DNA from: Acidimicrobiales bacterium
GTDB lineage: Bacteria; Actinomycetota; Acidimicrobiia; Acidimicrobiales; RAAP-2
Direction: 5' to 3'
Length of the DNA: 30,031 nucleotides
Assembly (NCBI GenBank): GCA_050743605.1
Contig: JBOGGB010000194.1
Location: forward strand, 1-30,031
The notes below the pieces were generated by a model. It was not told where the DNA came from. It did not search any database and saw only the letters and a list, made by a program, of their open reading frames with translations. Positions within the stretch are counted from its first letter, which is position 1, and each line of letters begins with the position of its first letter. Positions 17,280 to 26,306 of this stretch are shown one piece after another. The position numbers were made by a program, and so were the translations under genes.

Positions 17280-18629
17280 TCAGCTACGAGGCCGTGGCGG
17301 CTTGAAGCCCTTTGCCGGCCCGATCCATGTGCTCAGCCGCTTCATCACTCCTGGTGCCGTGTTCTGGAAGAACTCGTCCAGATCGTTGCACGTGGCCGGC
17401 GTCGAGTACCCGCCGCAGTCGAGGTGCGGGGCACCCTGGAGGACGGGACCCTTGAAGGCCCTCGCCGCGTTGAACAGCGCCGACGAAGTGATCTGCTTGT
17501 GGTCCCTCAGGATCTGGGTGTCGAGCTTGTCGATGGTGAGGGTCAGGCTGATCCCCATCTCAGCCCAGGCGTCGGCGTACACCGGGCCCTTGCCGTACTC
17601 GGTGAAGATCGCCTTGGCCACCGTTGTGAGAGACGGTGTGTTCGAGCCAGGCATGGCCTGAGCGGTCAGGTAGTACCAGTCGTGGGGCAGTTGACCGCCG
17701 TCTGCCTTGGCGACTGTCGGGGCGGTGCAGGGCACGTCCGTCACGACCTTGACCTTTGTGGCAAGACCCAGGGACTTCAAGTTCAGAGCGAGATCCGAGC
17801 AGGTTGGGCCTCCGCTGTCCACGTTGATGGTGAGTGTGGTGTGGCTCACCTGTGCTGCCTCGAGGGGGGCGGCCAGATCGCTCTGGGCTCCTGTGTAGCC
17901 AACTTTATAGATTTTCGTGATGCCGGCGAACTTGAGAGCGGCGTCCACGGTGTTGGCCTGTGTGACCTCGGCCGAGATGTTCGAGGGGTAGATGAGCGAG
18001 ACGCTCTTCGCGTGGATGATCTCCTTGGCGAAAGCTCCGTACGGCGCGTTCACGTAGGCGTCTGTGTTCCACCAGATGAAGCCGTAGGGGTACGTCTCGT
18101 CGACCGGGCTCAGGGAGACGTCCCAGAACATCGGCTTCTTCGTGGGCTTGAGCGCGTCCTCCAGCGCTGTCATGCCCAGGTCGATCGCGCCGGCCATGAC
18201 GGCGGTGATCTTGTGGTTGTTCGCGAACTCCTGGCCGCACTTCTCGGCGCTGCCCACTGTTGTCGGGATGGAGCAGTAGATCACCTTCACCGGGTGGCCG
18301 TCGATGCCGCCGGTGTGCTGGTTCACGTAGTCGACGGCGACCTTGACCCCTGTGGTCCACAGCGGTGTCGGGGCGTTCGGTGCTGTCTGCTGGTTCACGG
18401 CGCCGAGGTAGATCGGCGAGAGCTTCGGGTTGGCCTTGCCGTGCCCGCCGACGTACGCCTGGTAGTTCGTGACGGGCTTGACCTGCACAGCGTGCCCGGT
18501 GTGCGCCGACGCGCCGGTCAATCCTGCGCCGGCCCCTAGCACGCCCACCGTCAGCGCCAGGGCGGCCACGCCGAGCCCGATCGGGCCCGGACGTATGCCC
18601 ACTCTCCTCAAGCGATGCTGTGTCCGCAT
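17280..18629 (-). CDS. type I (branched-chain/aromatic-type) ABC solute-binding protein
   Basis: RBS-preceded MRTQHRLRR... signal peptide ending ASA, then AVDYVNQHTGGIDGHPVKVIYC. Confidence 0.82.
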   Translation of the reverse strand: MRTQHRLRRVGIRPGPIGLGVAALALTVGVLGAGAGLTGASAHTGHAVQVKPVTNYQAYVGGHGKANPKLSPIYLGAVNQQTAPNAPTPLWTTGVKVAVDYVNQHTGGIDGHPVKVIYCSIPTTVGSAEKCGQEFANNHKITAVMAGAIDLGMTALEDALKPTKKPMFWDVSLSPVDETYPYGFIWWNTDAYVNAPYGAFAKEIIHAKSVSLIYPSNISAEVTQANTVDAALKFAGITKIYKVGYTGAQSDLAAPLEAAQVSHTTLTINVDSGGPTCSDLALNLKSLGLATKVKVVTDVPCTAPTVAKADGGQLPHDWYYLTAQAMPGSNTPSLTTVAKAIFTEYGKGPVYADAWAEMGISLTLTIDKLDTQILRDHKQITSSALFNAARAFKGPVLQGAPHLDCGGYSTPATCNDLDEFFQNTAPGVMKRLSTWIGPAKGFKPPRPRS

Positions 18630-18988
18630 GCCCGGGACCCCTTTCTTTCCTTCGATCCAGTCAACGTGCATTGCCCTTCTCATCTTTCCCCCCATCATTC
18701 GTTGTCTCGACGGTTTGCGTGCTGAGCGGAGTGCTCCGTACAGCGGCCGGCCCATGCGCTCCGGCGGCTCACCGACGTGCGGCGGCGGGGACGCGCACTG
18801 CGCCGGCTGGCCTACGTGGCGGCCTGGTCGATTCCTACCCCCCTTTCATCTGCGCCGCCATCCTGTGGGCGATCGAAGGCGTGTCCGTGCCCGGAAACGG
18901 CTGCCCGCCAATCCACGCACATCGTGATGGACCGAGGATTACGGCCAGGCTCAATGATGACAACCGACCTTCGAAGTGGCAAGCTCTG

Positions 18989-19007
18989 CCTTCCATCCAG
19001 TGAAAGG
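18989..19007. promoter_or_regulatory. imperfect palindrome, candidate IclR operator
   Basis: CCTTCCA-TCCAG-TGAAAGG (6/7 arm match), 11 nt upstream of the IclR start in the divergent intergenic region. Confidence 0.4.
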
Positions 19008-19018
19008 GGAGATCTGCG

Positions 19019-19840
19019 ATGGCGGGGCAGGCGGCGGGGCAGGCGGCGAGGCAGGCGGCGAGCGTCACCTCCCGCGCGCTCACCATTCTCGGTGCGTTCG
19101 ACGCCAAGCACGTCACCCTGACGCTGAGCGAACTCGCTCGCCGCTCCGACCTTCCCCTCGCGACCGCTCACCGGCTCGTCGGGGAGCTCGTGAGCTGGGG
19201 AGCACTCGTGCGCAGTTCCACGGGGTCCTACGAGATCGGCCAGCGTATTTGGGAGTTGGGTCTCCTCGCTCCGGTCCCGTCCGGTCTTCGGCAGGTCGCT
19301 GCCCCCTTTCTCCAGGACGTCTATAGGGCTACCTCAGCCACCGTGCACTTCGCCGTGCGGGAAGGCACCAAGGCTCTGTATCTCGACCGGATCTCCGGGA
19401 ACGGTTCCATTCCTCTCGTCAGCCGCGTCGGCGGCCGCCTCCCCCTGCACACGACCGGCGTCGGCAAGGTCCTTCTCGCATACGCCCCAGGGGACGTACA
19501 AGCACGTGTGCTCAGCCACCTCATCCTGGTGACCCGCTACTCGATCACCGACGGCGAGATCCTCGAAGAGGAGCTGCGGGCCATACGTCGGGATGGCTAC
19601 GCGCACACCCAAGAGGAGATGAGCCTGGGGGCCTGCTCTCTCGCAGTGCCCGTGCGAAACGGGGATAGCGAAGTGGTGGCCGCGCTCGGGGTTGTCGTCG
19701 GCGACCTCGAGCCAGCACGCAGCCGCCTCGTCGCCGCCCTCAACGTCGCAGCGAACGGCATCCAGCGATGTATCAGGGGACGGACAAGGGTGCACGGTGG
19801 CGCGGGTGACCATGGATCCGGCCGGCGCCAGCCGGCATGA
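19019..19840 (+). CDS. IclR-family transcriptional regulator
   Basis: SVTSRALTIL, LSELARRSDLPLATAHRL (HTH), LPLHTTGVGKVLLA and IRRDGYA. Divergent from the pobA cluster. Confidence 0.93.
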   Translation: MAGQAAGQAARQAASVTSRALTILGAFDAKHVTLTLSELARRSDLPLATAHRLVGELVSWGALVRSSTGSYEIGQRIWELGLLAPVPSGLRQVAAPFLQDVYRATSATVHFAVREGTKALYLDRISGNGSIPLVSRVGGRLPLHTTGVGKVLLAYAPGDVQARVLSHLILVTRYSITDGEILEEELRAIRRDGYAHTQEEMSLGACSLAVPVRNGDSEVVAALGVVVGDLEPARSRLVAALNVAANGIQRCIRGRTRVHGGAGDHGSGRRQPA

Positions 19841-19911
19841 GTACATCGGGACACGGCGGGCAGCAATGACCGCCAGGCAGATGTACGGATCGAAGATGTC
19901 GTGTGGCGACG

Positions 19912-20898
19912 ATGCAACCTGCTGATCGGTATCTCGATTACTCGGGCCGTGCTGACCGCCTGAGCGGGGGCGTGAGACGCATCCCGATCGACACTCCGGC
20001 GGGCCGATTCAGCGTTTGGACGAAGCGCATCGGCAACAACCCCACGATGAAGGTCTTGCTGCTGCATGGAGGACCCGGCTCCACTCACGAGTACCTCGAG
20101 GCGTTCGACAGCTATCTTCCTGCAGCTCGCATCGAGTACTACTACTACGACCAGCTGGGGTCGGGCCATAGCGATCAGTCCGAGGACGAGTCCCTGTGGG
20201 AGCTCGACCGGTTCGTCGACGAAGTCGACCAAGTTCGCCAGGCACTCGATCTCGACCATGACAACTTCGTCCTCTACGGCCATTCTTGGGGTGGCATCCT
20301 CGCGATGGAGTACGCGCTGGCGCACGGGCACCACCTGCGTGCGCTCGTGATCTCGAACATGATGGCGAGTGCCCCTGCCTACAACGCCTACGCCGAGGAC
20401 GTGCTGGCAACTGAAATGGACCCCGAGGCGCTCGCTGAGGTTCGTGCCCTCGAAGCTGCCCACGACACCGAGAACCCCCGTTACATGGAGCTCCTCCTAC
20501 CAGAGCACTACGAGCGCCACCTGCTGCGCATGCCTGTCGACGAGTGGCCCGATCCGGCGAAGCGAGGCTTCGCCCACATCAATCCCGCGATCTATGTGTC
20601 GATGCAGGGACCGAGCGAGCTCGGCATGAGCTCCGACGCGAAGCTCGCCAACTGGGACCGCTTCGCCGATCTCGCCAGCGTCGATGTCCCGACCCTCGTC
20701 ATTGCCGCGCGCTATGACACGATGGATCCCGTCTACTTGGAGAAGATGGCAGACGTCTTGCCGAAGGGGAGCTACCTCTACTGTCCCGAAGGCAGCCACA
20801 TGGCGATGTACGACGACCAGGAGGTGTACTTCGCCGGGCTCGTCCACTTCCTCGAGAGGCTTCCTCCGGGCGGTGGACGCGAGCCCCAGCCGTCGTAG
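19912..20898 (+). CDS. proline iminopeptidase-family hydrolase
   Basis: LLHGGPG, YDQLGSG, GHSWGG, RYDTMDP and GSHMAMYD. Confidence 0.92.
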   Translation: MQPADRYLDYSGRADRLSGGVRRIPIDTPAGRFSVWTKRIGNNPTMKVLLLHGGPGSTHEYLEAFDSYLPAARIEYYYYDQLGSGHSDQSEDESLWELDRFVDEVDQVRQALDLDHDNFVLYGHSWGGILAMEYALAHGHHLRALVISNMMASAPAYNAYAEDVLATEMDPEALAEVRALEAAHDTENPRYMELLLPEHYERHLLRMPVDEWPDPAKRGFAHINPAIYVSMQGPSELGMSSDAKLANWDRFADLASVDVPTLVIAARYDTMDPVYLEKMADVLPKGSYLYCPEGSHMAMYDDQEVYFAGLVHFLERLPPGGGREPQPS

Positions 20899-21010
20899 CG
20901 GCGCTCGGGCCCAATCAGAGTTCGGAGACTCGATCCGTATACCGCGGTGTTGTCGATCAAGGCACCGTTGACTTCCGCTCAGGCTGTCGGATGTCCCGTG
21001 CGGCCATTGG

Positions 21011-21754
21011 TCAGCTCATCGTCAAGCCGCCATCGATGGTGATCGCCTGGCCGGTCATATAGGACGACTCGTCCGAGATCAGGTAGACGAGAATTGGAGC
21101 GATTTCGCTCGGGGTCGCCTGGCGAGCGAGCGGCACGGTCCGGCGCACCAGTTCAGCGTGCGACTCCTTGCCGCCCATGGCGTTGATCGCCGGATTGTTG
21201 AAGGGGGTGTCGGTCCAGCCGGGGCAGACCGAATTGGCTCGCACGTTGTCCTTGGCGAACTCCGTCGCGAGCGAGCGAGTAAGCGACATCACCGCCGCCT
21301 TCGTCGCGCCGTAGACGCCTGCACCCAGCTTGCCGGCGACTGAGGCCATGTTGACGATCGAGCCTTTGCCCGAAGCGCGAAGTGCAGGGATGGCATGCTT
21401 GGCTCCGAGGAACTGGCCTCGCACGTTGACGGCGAAGGATTGGTCCCAGTCCTCGACCGAGAGCGTCTCGAGACTGTCAACGATCTGCACGCCGGCTAGC
21501 TGGCACAACGCGTCCAGCCCACCGAGCTCGCCGACTGCGTGGTCGACCATCCTCCGCACCGATGTCTCTTCGCGGACGTCGGCCTCGACGAAGCCGGCAC
21601 CGAGCTCGGCCGCCGTCGCCTTTCCCTTGGCGGCGTCGAAGTCGGCGATGACGACACGGCCACCCTCCTCGACGAACAAGGCGACGCTCGCCTTACCGAT
21701 GTTGTCGACGGCGCCCGTGATCAAGATCCGCTTCCCGTTCAGTCGATCACCCAT
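21011..21754 (-). CDS. SDR-family NAD(P)-dependent oxidoreductase
   Basis: ITGAVDNIG, NMASVAG, YGATK, NSVCPG and IDGG. Confidence 0.93.
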   Translation of the reverse strand: MGDRLNGKRILITGAVDNIGKASVALFVEEGGRVVIADFDAAKGKATAAELGAGFVEADVREETSVRRMVDHAVGELGGLDALCQLAGVQIVDSLETLSVEDWDQSFAVNVRGQFLGAKHAIPALRASGKGSIVNMASVAGKLGAGVYGATKAAVMSLTRSLATEFAKDNVRANSVCPGWTDTPFNNPAINAMGGKESHAELVRRTVPLARQATPSEIAPILVYLISDESSYMTGQAITIDGGLTMS

Positions 21755-22076
21755 CGCCAGCTCCTGGTCTTGTGTACGTCACGTTGCTCCCGCTCCACAC
21801 ATTGAACCATTCGGCGAGGCGCTCGCCAATCCGTCGTAGGTTCGCCAGGTCCTTCCCTGCGGTCGCTCCGAGCGCCCCTGCGACGCCTACCGCCCTCACG
21901 TATCTTCGTCAGTCGCCCGAGGGGTTCCTCGCGCTGCACCGCGACGAGTCGATCACTCCAGTTCTGCCTCCCAACCCTGCCAGCAGCGTATTTATGCGAC
22001 AGTCATTGGATCCGTCGCTATGGCGCGGCGCCGGCTTCGTCCTGCTGGTCCGTTGTGGCTGGCAGGATTACCTCTC

Positions 22077-22460
22077 ATGACGAGTCGCATCGGATGCATA
22101 AGTATCGATTCCATCGACCATCTCCTTTTGGCCGAGTTCTGGATGGCCGTGCTCGGCTGGGTCGTTGTCGATAACGACGACACCGGAGTGAGCCTGGCCG
22201 CTGCAGGGGCCAGAATGCCGACTCTGGACATCTTCACGGTGCCGGAACGCAAGGCGATGAAGAACCGATTGCACCTCGACTTGCGAGCCGACGGGTGCAG
22301 CACGGAGGAAGAGCTGGAGCGGCTTTTGGGGTTGGGTGCGACCCGGGTCGACATCGGCCAGGGTCCGGACGTCTCATGGGTCGTGCTAGCCGACCCCGAA
22401 GGCAACGAATTCTGTCTACTGCGGCGGACCGCGCAGCAGGTCGAGGCAGCCGGTGACTGA
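22077..22460 (+). CDS. VOC/glyoxalase-family protein
   Basis: LAEFWMAVLGW, KNRLHLDL, GATRVD and WVVLADPEGNEFC. Confidence 0.9.
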   Translation: MTSRIGCISIDSIDHLLLAEFWMAVLGWVVVDNDDTGVSLAAAGARMPTLDIFTVPERKAMKNRLHLDLRADGCSTEEELERLLGLGATRVDIGQGPDVSWVVLADPEGNEFCLLRRTAQQVEAAGD

Positions 22461-22824
22461 TTGGCGGCGACTTGGGAACGCTCGACTCGGCATGATGGCA
22501 GGTGCCCGTCGAGCAGTCGACCTTCGACGCGAGCGGCGAATCGCTCTGCACGGCTCTAACGTCGATCCCGGGGAGGACCCACCGTCTTGACCGGCGACGT
22601 CAAGATCTCAGGGATCGCCTCCGAGGCGCGCGCTGCGGACCACTTGGCCATCGAGCCCAGGCACCATGGTCGCGGTCTCCAGGGGATCGCGCCGCTGACC
22701 CGCCTGCGGCTACTGCGCCACGACAGGTCGGTGGGCCGACTGGTCGTCCGTCAGGTCTGGCGAAGCTCGCCCTTCATCCCGCGGTTTGGGTTGGCGTTGG
22801 CGTCTGCCTCCCCACGAGGAGGGG

Positions 22825-23130
22825 TCAGATCCGCGCCTGCTCTTCGACGGTCATGATCTCGAGCTTGGTACCGTAGCTTTCCTGGATCCGGCCAGCATCG
22901 TCGACCAGGGCTTGCCCTTCGGTGGACTTCATTGCGGTCTGGAGGTCGTTGGCGTCCTCGAAGAGGAGCTCAGCCATCCGGTAGTAGGGCCCATCGAGAG
23001 CCTTCGACGCAACAGCTCCCTTGAGTGCGGGGAGCTTGGCGACGAGCGGAACGTGCGTGTCCCGATAGTGGGTTTCGAACCCCTCAGGGTCTTCCGGCGT
23101 ACTCCACAGGGCTACGAGCTTGACAGTCAT
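22825..23130 (-). CDS. EthD-family (dimeric alpha-beta barrel) protein
   Basis: GGAGG RBS, then VKLVALWSTPEDPEGFETHYRDTHVPLV and YYRMAELLFED. Confidence 0.85.
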   Translation of the reverse strand: MTVKLVALWSTPEDPEGFETHYRDTHVPLVAKLPALKGAVASKALDGPYYRMAELLFEDANDLQTAMKSTEGQALVDDAGRIQESYGTKLEIMTVEEQARI

Positions 23131-23209
23131 TCAGCCTCCTTACCGTGCAGTTACCGGCAGGAGCGAGTGTAGCTCGACCGCCTTCTGGGCTGCCCCGAAC
23201 CGCGAAAGC

Positions 23210-23410
23210 GAGCGGAGCCTCCGGCCGGTGGCGTCCGACGGTCATCACCACGGTGTCGATGACGAGATCTGCGGTCTGGCGCCCTGACATCGCGCAACCA
23301 ATGAAGCCCTTCCAGCACAGGCCCCGCACGCCGGCCAAGAAGAGCTTCTCCTCCCCAGTGTGGAACTCGGAGATGTCGGCGACCCATCGCTCGTCGGGAC
23401 GGTCACTCCT
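23210..23410 (-). pseudogene. IS3-family transposase (integrase core) remnant
   Basis: RPDERWVADISEFHTGEEKLFLAGVRGLCWKGFIGCAMSGRQTADLVIDTV is a degenerate form of the W..DIT...G.LYL..V.D..SR.IVG core. Boundaries are approximate. Confidence 0.75.
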
Positions 23411-23439
23411 TCCTCGAGTGCGCCCCGACCAGGTGCGCA

Positions 23440-23705
23440 GCATTGCACGACTCGGGCGACACGCTTTCCGCCACACCGGAGCGACCCTCGCGGCCGCGAC
23501 CGGCGCGAGCACGCGGGAGCTCATGCTCCGACTCGGTCGCTCCTCGCCGTCGGCGGCTCTCCGTTCCCAGCACGCGACCGAGGAGCACGAGAGGAACCTC
23601 GCCGAAGCGTTGTCCGCGTCGGCATCGACGGGGAAGGTCTTTCGGATCGGACCGCGGGGAGAGGCCAGCCACGGTCAAGGCACGATCCAAGAAGTAGACC
23701 GGTGA
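23440..23705 (+). pseudogene. tyrosine integrase C-terminal remnant (copy 1, catalytically degenerate)
   Basis: HAFRHTGATLAAATGASTRELMLRLGRSSPSAALRSQHA. The conserved GH is now GR and the catalytic Tyr (RYQH) is now Ser. Confidence 0.85.
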
Positions 23706-23762
23706 CCAGCGAAAACGAAGCGAGCGGCCGACGAGGATCGAACTCGCATCATCAGCTTGGAA
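23568..23762 (+). repeat. direct repeat unit 1 (integrase tail plus att), similar to 27015-27219
   Basis: Near-identical sequence visible at 27015-27219, e.g. CCTCGCCGAAGCGTTGTCCGCGTCGGCATCGACGGGGAAGGTC and GAGCGGCCGACGAGGATCGAACTCGCATCATCAGCTTGGAA. Confidence 0.95.
23722..23762 (-). mobile_element. att-site remnant: tRNA-Gly(TCC) 3' fragment, copy 1
   Basis: Reverse complement is TTCCAAGCTGATGATGCGAGTTCGATCCTCGTCGGCCGCTC (anticodon TCC, T-loop GTTCGA). The CCA end is lost. Confidence 0.85.
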
Positions 23763-23962
23763 TCGACCTATGGCCGACGGGCACCACCCGCGACACTCAA
23801 ATCGACAGGGCACAGCTCCTAGGGGCGGTCCATCTCGCGGATCGGCGCCGGTCGGATGGGGCCGGCTGGGTGGTGTTCGCCGATCCAGAGGACAACGAGT
23901 TCTGCATCGGTAGCAGCGCGGCCGAACGAGCGCTGCTCAGACCGCGATCCGGCCAGGCATGA
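23763..23962 (+). pseudogene. 5'-truncated VOC-family gene
   Basis: IDLWPTGTTRDTQIDRAQLLGAVHLADRRRSDGAGWVVFADPEDNEFCI is only the C-terminal half and begins right after the att fragment. Confidence 0.75.
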
Positions 23963-24302
23963 ATCACCACGCAGAGTGCCGCGCCACGTTCTTCGCCCAC
24001 TATCGGCTCGGAGGAACCTGATATCCGTCGGCGGATTCACGCGGCGGACGCGACAAGCTCGTTGAACCGTTCGCCGCTAGGCTGGGCTGACCAGAGCAGG
24101 AGGCAGTCGTGGGCTCTGCACCGGACGCGTTGGTCAACGTATGGGAGAACCACCCGAAGGAAGCGTGTAGCGCGAACGCGGACTACGCGGAGACGCACGA
24201 CGACGCGGTGCATCGGCGGGTGCTGTGATCCTCCTGCTTGTCGGACGCGAGAGCGAGGCGAGCTAAACGTCCCGCACTTCCTATCAGCAGCGTTTGGACG
24301 AG

Positions 24303-24713
24303 ATGGCTCAAGCTCTCGGGTTCCCCTCGTATTCGGCGCAGCGCGAGGCCCCGAAGCGTGAGGTGGCTGAACGTCGCCGCGCCTTATCTGAGTCGCGCCG
24401 AGCCGAGAAGTTGAACGCCGAGAAGCTAGTCGCGCAGAGAGAGGAGCTCCGCCTAGCGCGGGAGGACCGGATCTCCCGCGCCCGCGCCGAACGCGAGGAG
24501 CGCGAACGCCGCCAGCCCGCGCCGGGTCCGCCCACTGTGCTCAAGAAGAGGGAACTCAACCCCGACATCGTCGTTGGCCGGCAGCTCGTGGCCGAGGCCA
24601 AGGGGACGCCACAAGAGCGCGATGCATGGGAGCTGCTGCGCAAGGCCGCAGTTGCCGCGGGCGACCTCGTCCTCGCCGCCGACATCAAGCAGCGGCTTCG
24701 GAAGATGCGATGA
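24303..24713 (+). CDS. hypothetical charged/coiled-coil protein, possibly a 3' fragment
   Basis: MAQALGFPSYSAQREA...DIKQRLRKMR, E/R/K-rich. In-frame stop at 24264. Confidence 0.45.
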   Translation: MAQALGFPSYSAQREAPKREVAERRRALSESRRAEKLNAEKLVAQREELRLAREDRISRARAEREERERRQPAPGPPTVLKKRELNPDIVVGRQLVAEAKGTPQERDAWELLRKAAVAAGDLVLAADIKQRLRKMR

Positions 24714-24830
24714 CCACCTCGGGCTACAGCTTTGGTTGCACCACCGTTTGGACCGTCATCTTTGTGTTGCTTGCAGCCATGGGAAGCAGCCATGGGAAGC
24801 AGGACAGACCGCATCACAGCCTGGCCGGGC

Positions 24831-25538
24831 TCAGCCCCCTGCCAGCATCCGTCCCAGGTCGTCGGCGATCTCATCGGAGAGAGACTGCACGAGTTCGAGA
24901 CGCTCTCCGAGGCCCCTCGTCTCGAGCAGACGCAGCCGGTCGAGGTCGCCTAGCGGTGCGGCGTCGCAGAGCAGCCACCCGGCCATGTCCAGGTCGATTG
25001 CGGCGTGGACCCCGGTTTCGAACTCCGCCGGGAACGGAGCGCCCGGAACCGACTCTGACAGAAGCGCCCGGGCCTGCCGGACCGCGGATAGGGCGGCTTC
25101 CAGGCGAAGGGCCGGCTCCTCGGGGTCCTCGGGCTCCTTGTCGGGCCCGGTCGATACCCGGCGGTCCCGCCCATCGATGTCCTCCACCATGGCCAGCGGG
25201 TAGGGCTCCTCGGGGAGCCACTCGACCACCCGCAGGCGGCGGAGGCCGCCGATGGAGAGGAGCCATCGCCCGTCCGGCAGGCGCATGGCCCCGTCGATTT
25301 GCCCGACGGTGCCGACGACCACTCGCTCGTCCCCACCGCCGACCTCTCGCCCCCGAGTGATGAGTACGACGCCGAGTTCGCCGTTCCCCGAGAGGCAGTC
25401 GGCCGTCATCTTGCGGTAGCGCGCCTCGAAGATGTGCAGCTGCAGCCGGCCCGACGGGAACAGCACGGTGGAGAGCGGGAACATCGGCAGACGGTAGGGG
25501 GCGCCCGGAGATGCGACGTCATCATTCACGTCGTCCAT
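24831..25538 (-). CDS. LON peptidase substrate-binding (N-terminal) domain protein
   Basis: LPMFPLSTVLFP, LHIFEARY, GVVLITRGREVGGG, LPDGR and DRLRLLE. Confidence 0.88.
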   Translation of the reverse strand: MDDVNDDVASPGAPYRLPMFPLSTVLFPSGRLQLHIFEARYRKMTADCLSGNGELGVVLITRGREVGGGDERVVVGTVGQIDGAMRLPDGRWLLSIGGLRRLRVVEWLPEEPYPLAMVEDIDGRDRRVSTGPDKEPEDPEEPALRLEAALSAVRQARALLSESVPGAPFPAEFETGVHAAIDLDMAGWLLCDAAPLGDLDRLRLLETRGLGERLELVQSLSDEIADDLGRMLAGG

Positions 25539-25699
25539 CGTGCCCCACACGGGGTGACGGTGGGCAGCAGCGGACGGCCACTGCCGGGCGGGTCGGGGCT
25601 CTACTGCGATACGCAGGTAGCCCCAGCTTAACCGGCAGCAGCGAGGATTGAGCTGGACGCAACGGTCCACCACTCCGGAGGGGGAACCCGTCAGCGTTT

Positions 25700-25890
25700 A
25701 GGCGCGTGCCCGAGCCAGGTCTGACTCCATCGAATCCGGCTGACGTCCTTTGGGACTGTCCTGAAGACGATCCGTCGGCCCGGCTCGGACACTCACCCGG
25801 CACCGATCGGTTGGGCGGAGTGACCTCATAGGAGCCTGCCGCACAGGCCCATCGCTGTCCTGTCCGTCGTCCCTTTGGTGCGGTGCCACG
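25700..25890 (-). ncRNA. candidate IS110 bridge/seek RNA in the non-coding end
   Basis: Two large stem-internal loop-hairpin domains: 25706-25719/25779-25792 with apical GTCC-tttg-GGAC, and 25799-25805/25881-25887 with apical GCCTG-ccgca-CAGGC. It lies directly upstream of the IS110 ORF. Two stem mismatches become G-U pairs on the minus strand. Confidence 0.55.
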
Positions 25891-25913
25891 CCCACCCATT
25901 GACGAAGGAAGGG

Positions 25914-26297
25914 ATGACGATGACCACTATCGCGCGCAGGATCACCGGCGGTGTCGACATCGACCGGATCTTAAAGGTGCTCCTCGCTGAGACCGCTCCC
26001 GAGCTCCTTGCGGTCACAGGGGTGGGCACCGACGTCGGGACTGCGATCCTCGTCGCCGTCGGGGACAACCCCGAGCGCCTGAAGGGCGAATCCACTTTCG
26101 CCCACCTCTGCGGCGTCTCTCCCATCGATGCGAGCAGCGACAAGAACGAGCGTCACCGCCTCAACCGCGGCGGTGACCGCAGTGCCAACTCCGCGCTCTG
26201 GCACATCGTGCTCACGCGCATGGTGAACGATCCGAGCACAGGGTTCATGAAGAACGACCCCGCAGAGCGGGGTCGTCTCCGCCGGCGCTGGGCGTAG
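25914..26297 (+). pseudogene. IS110-family recombinase with in-frame internal deletion and altered C-terminus
   Basis: GAAGGAAGGG RBS. MTMTTIARRITGGVD (start of the DEDD domain) is joined directly to APELLAVTGVG, GDNPERL, FAHLCGVSPIDASS and HRLNRGGDRSANSALWHIVLTRM. Confidence 0.88.
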
Positions 26298-26306
26298 TTG
26301 TCTACG

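Noticed and set aside
15978..18539. 853-aa plus-strand ORF, and similar long ORFs at 367-1548, 6490-8001, 8544-10016 and 13165-13970
   Set aside because: These are antisense or alternate-frame shadows of well-supported genes, expected in high-GC DNA, with no motifs.
19021..19062. 12-nt repeat (GGCGGGGCAGGC-like x3) at the IclR 5' end
   Set aside because: In-frame low-complexity expansion (AGQAAGQAARQAA), with no evidence of a separate function.
22461..22824. Possible gene or third att site between the VOC and EthD genes (single CATCCCGCG at 22775)
   Set aside because: No convincing ORF or tRNA fragment. One 9-mer match is plausible by chance at this GC content.
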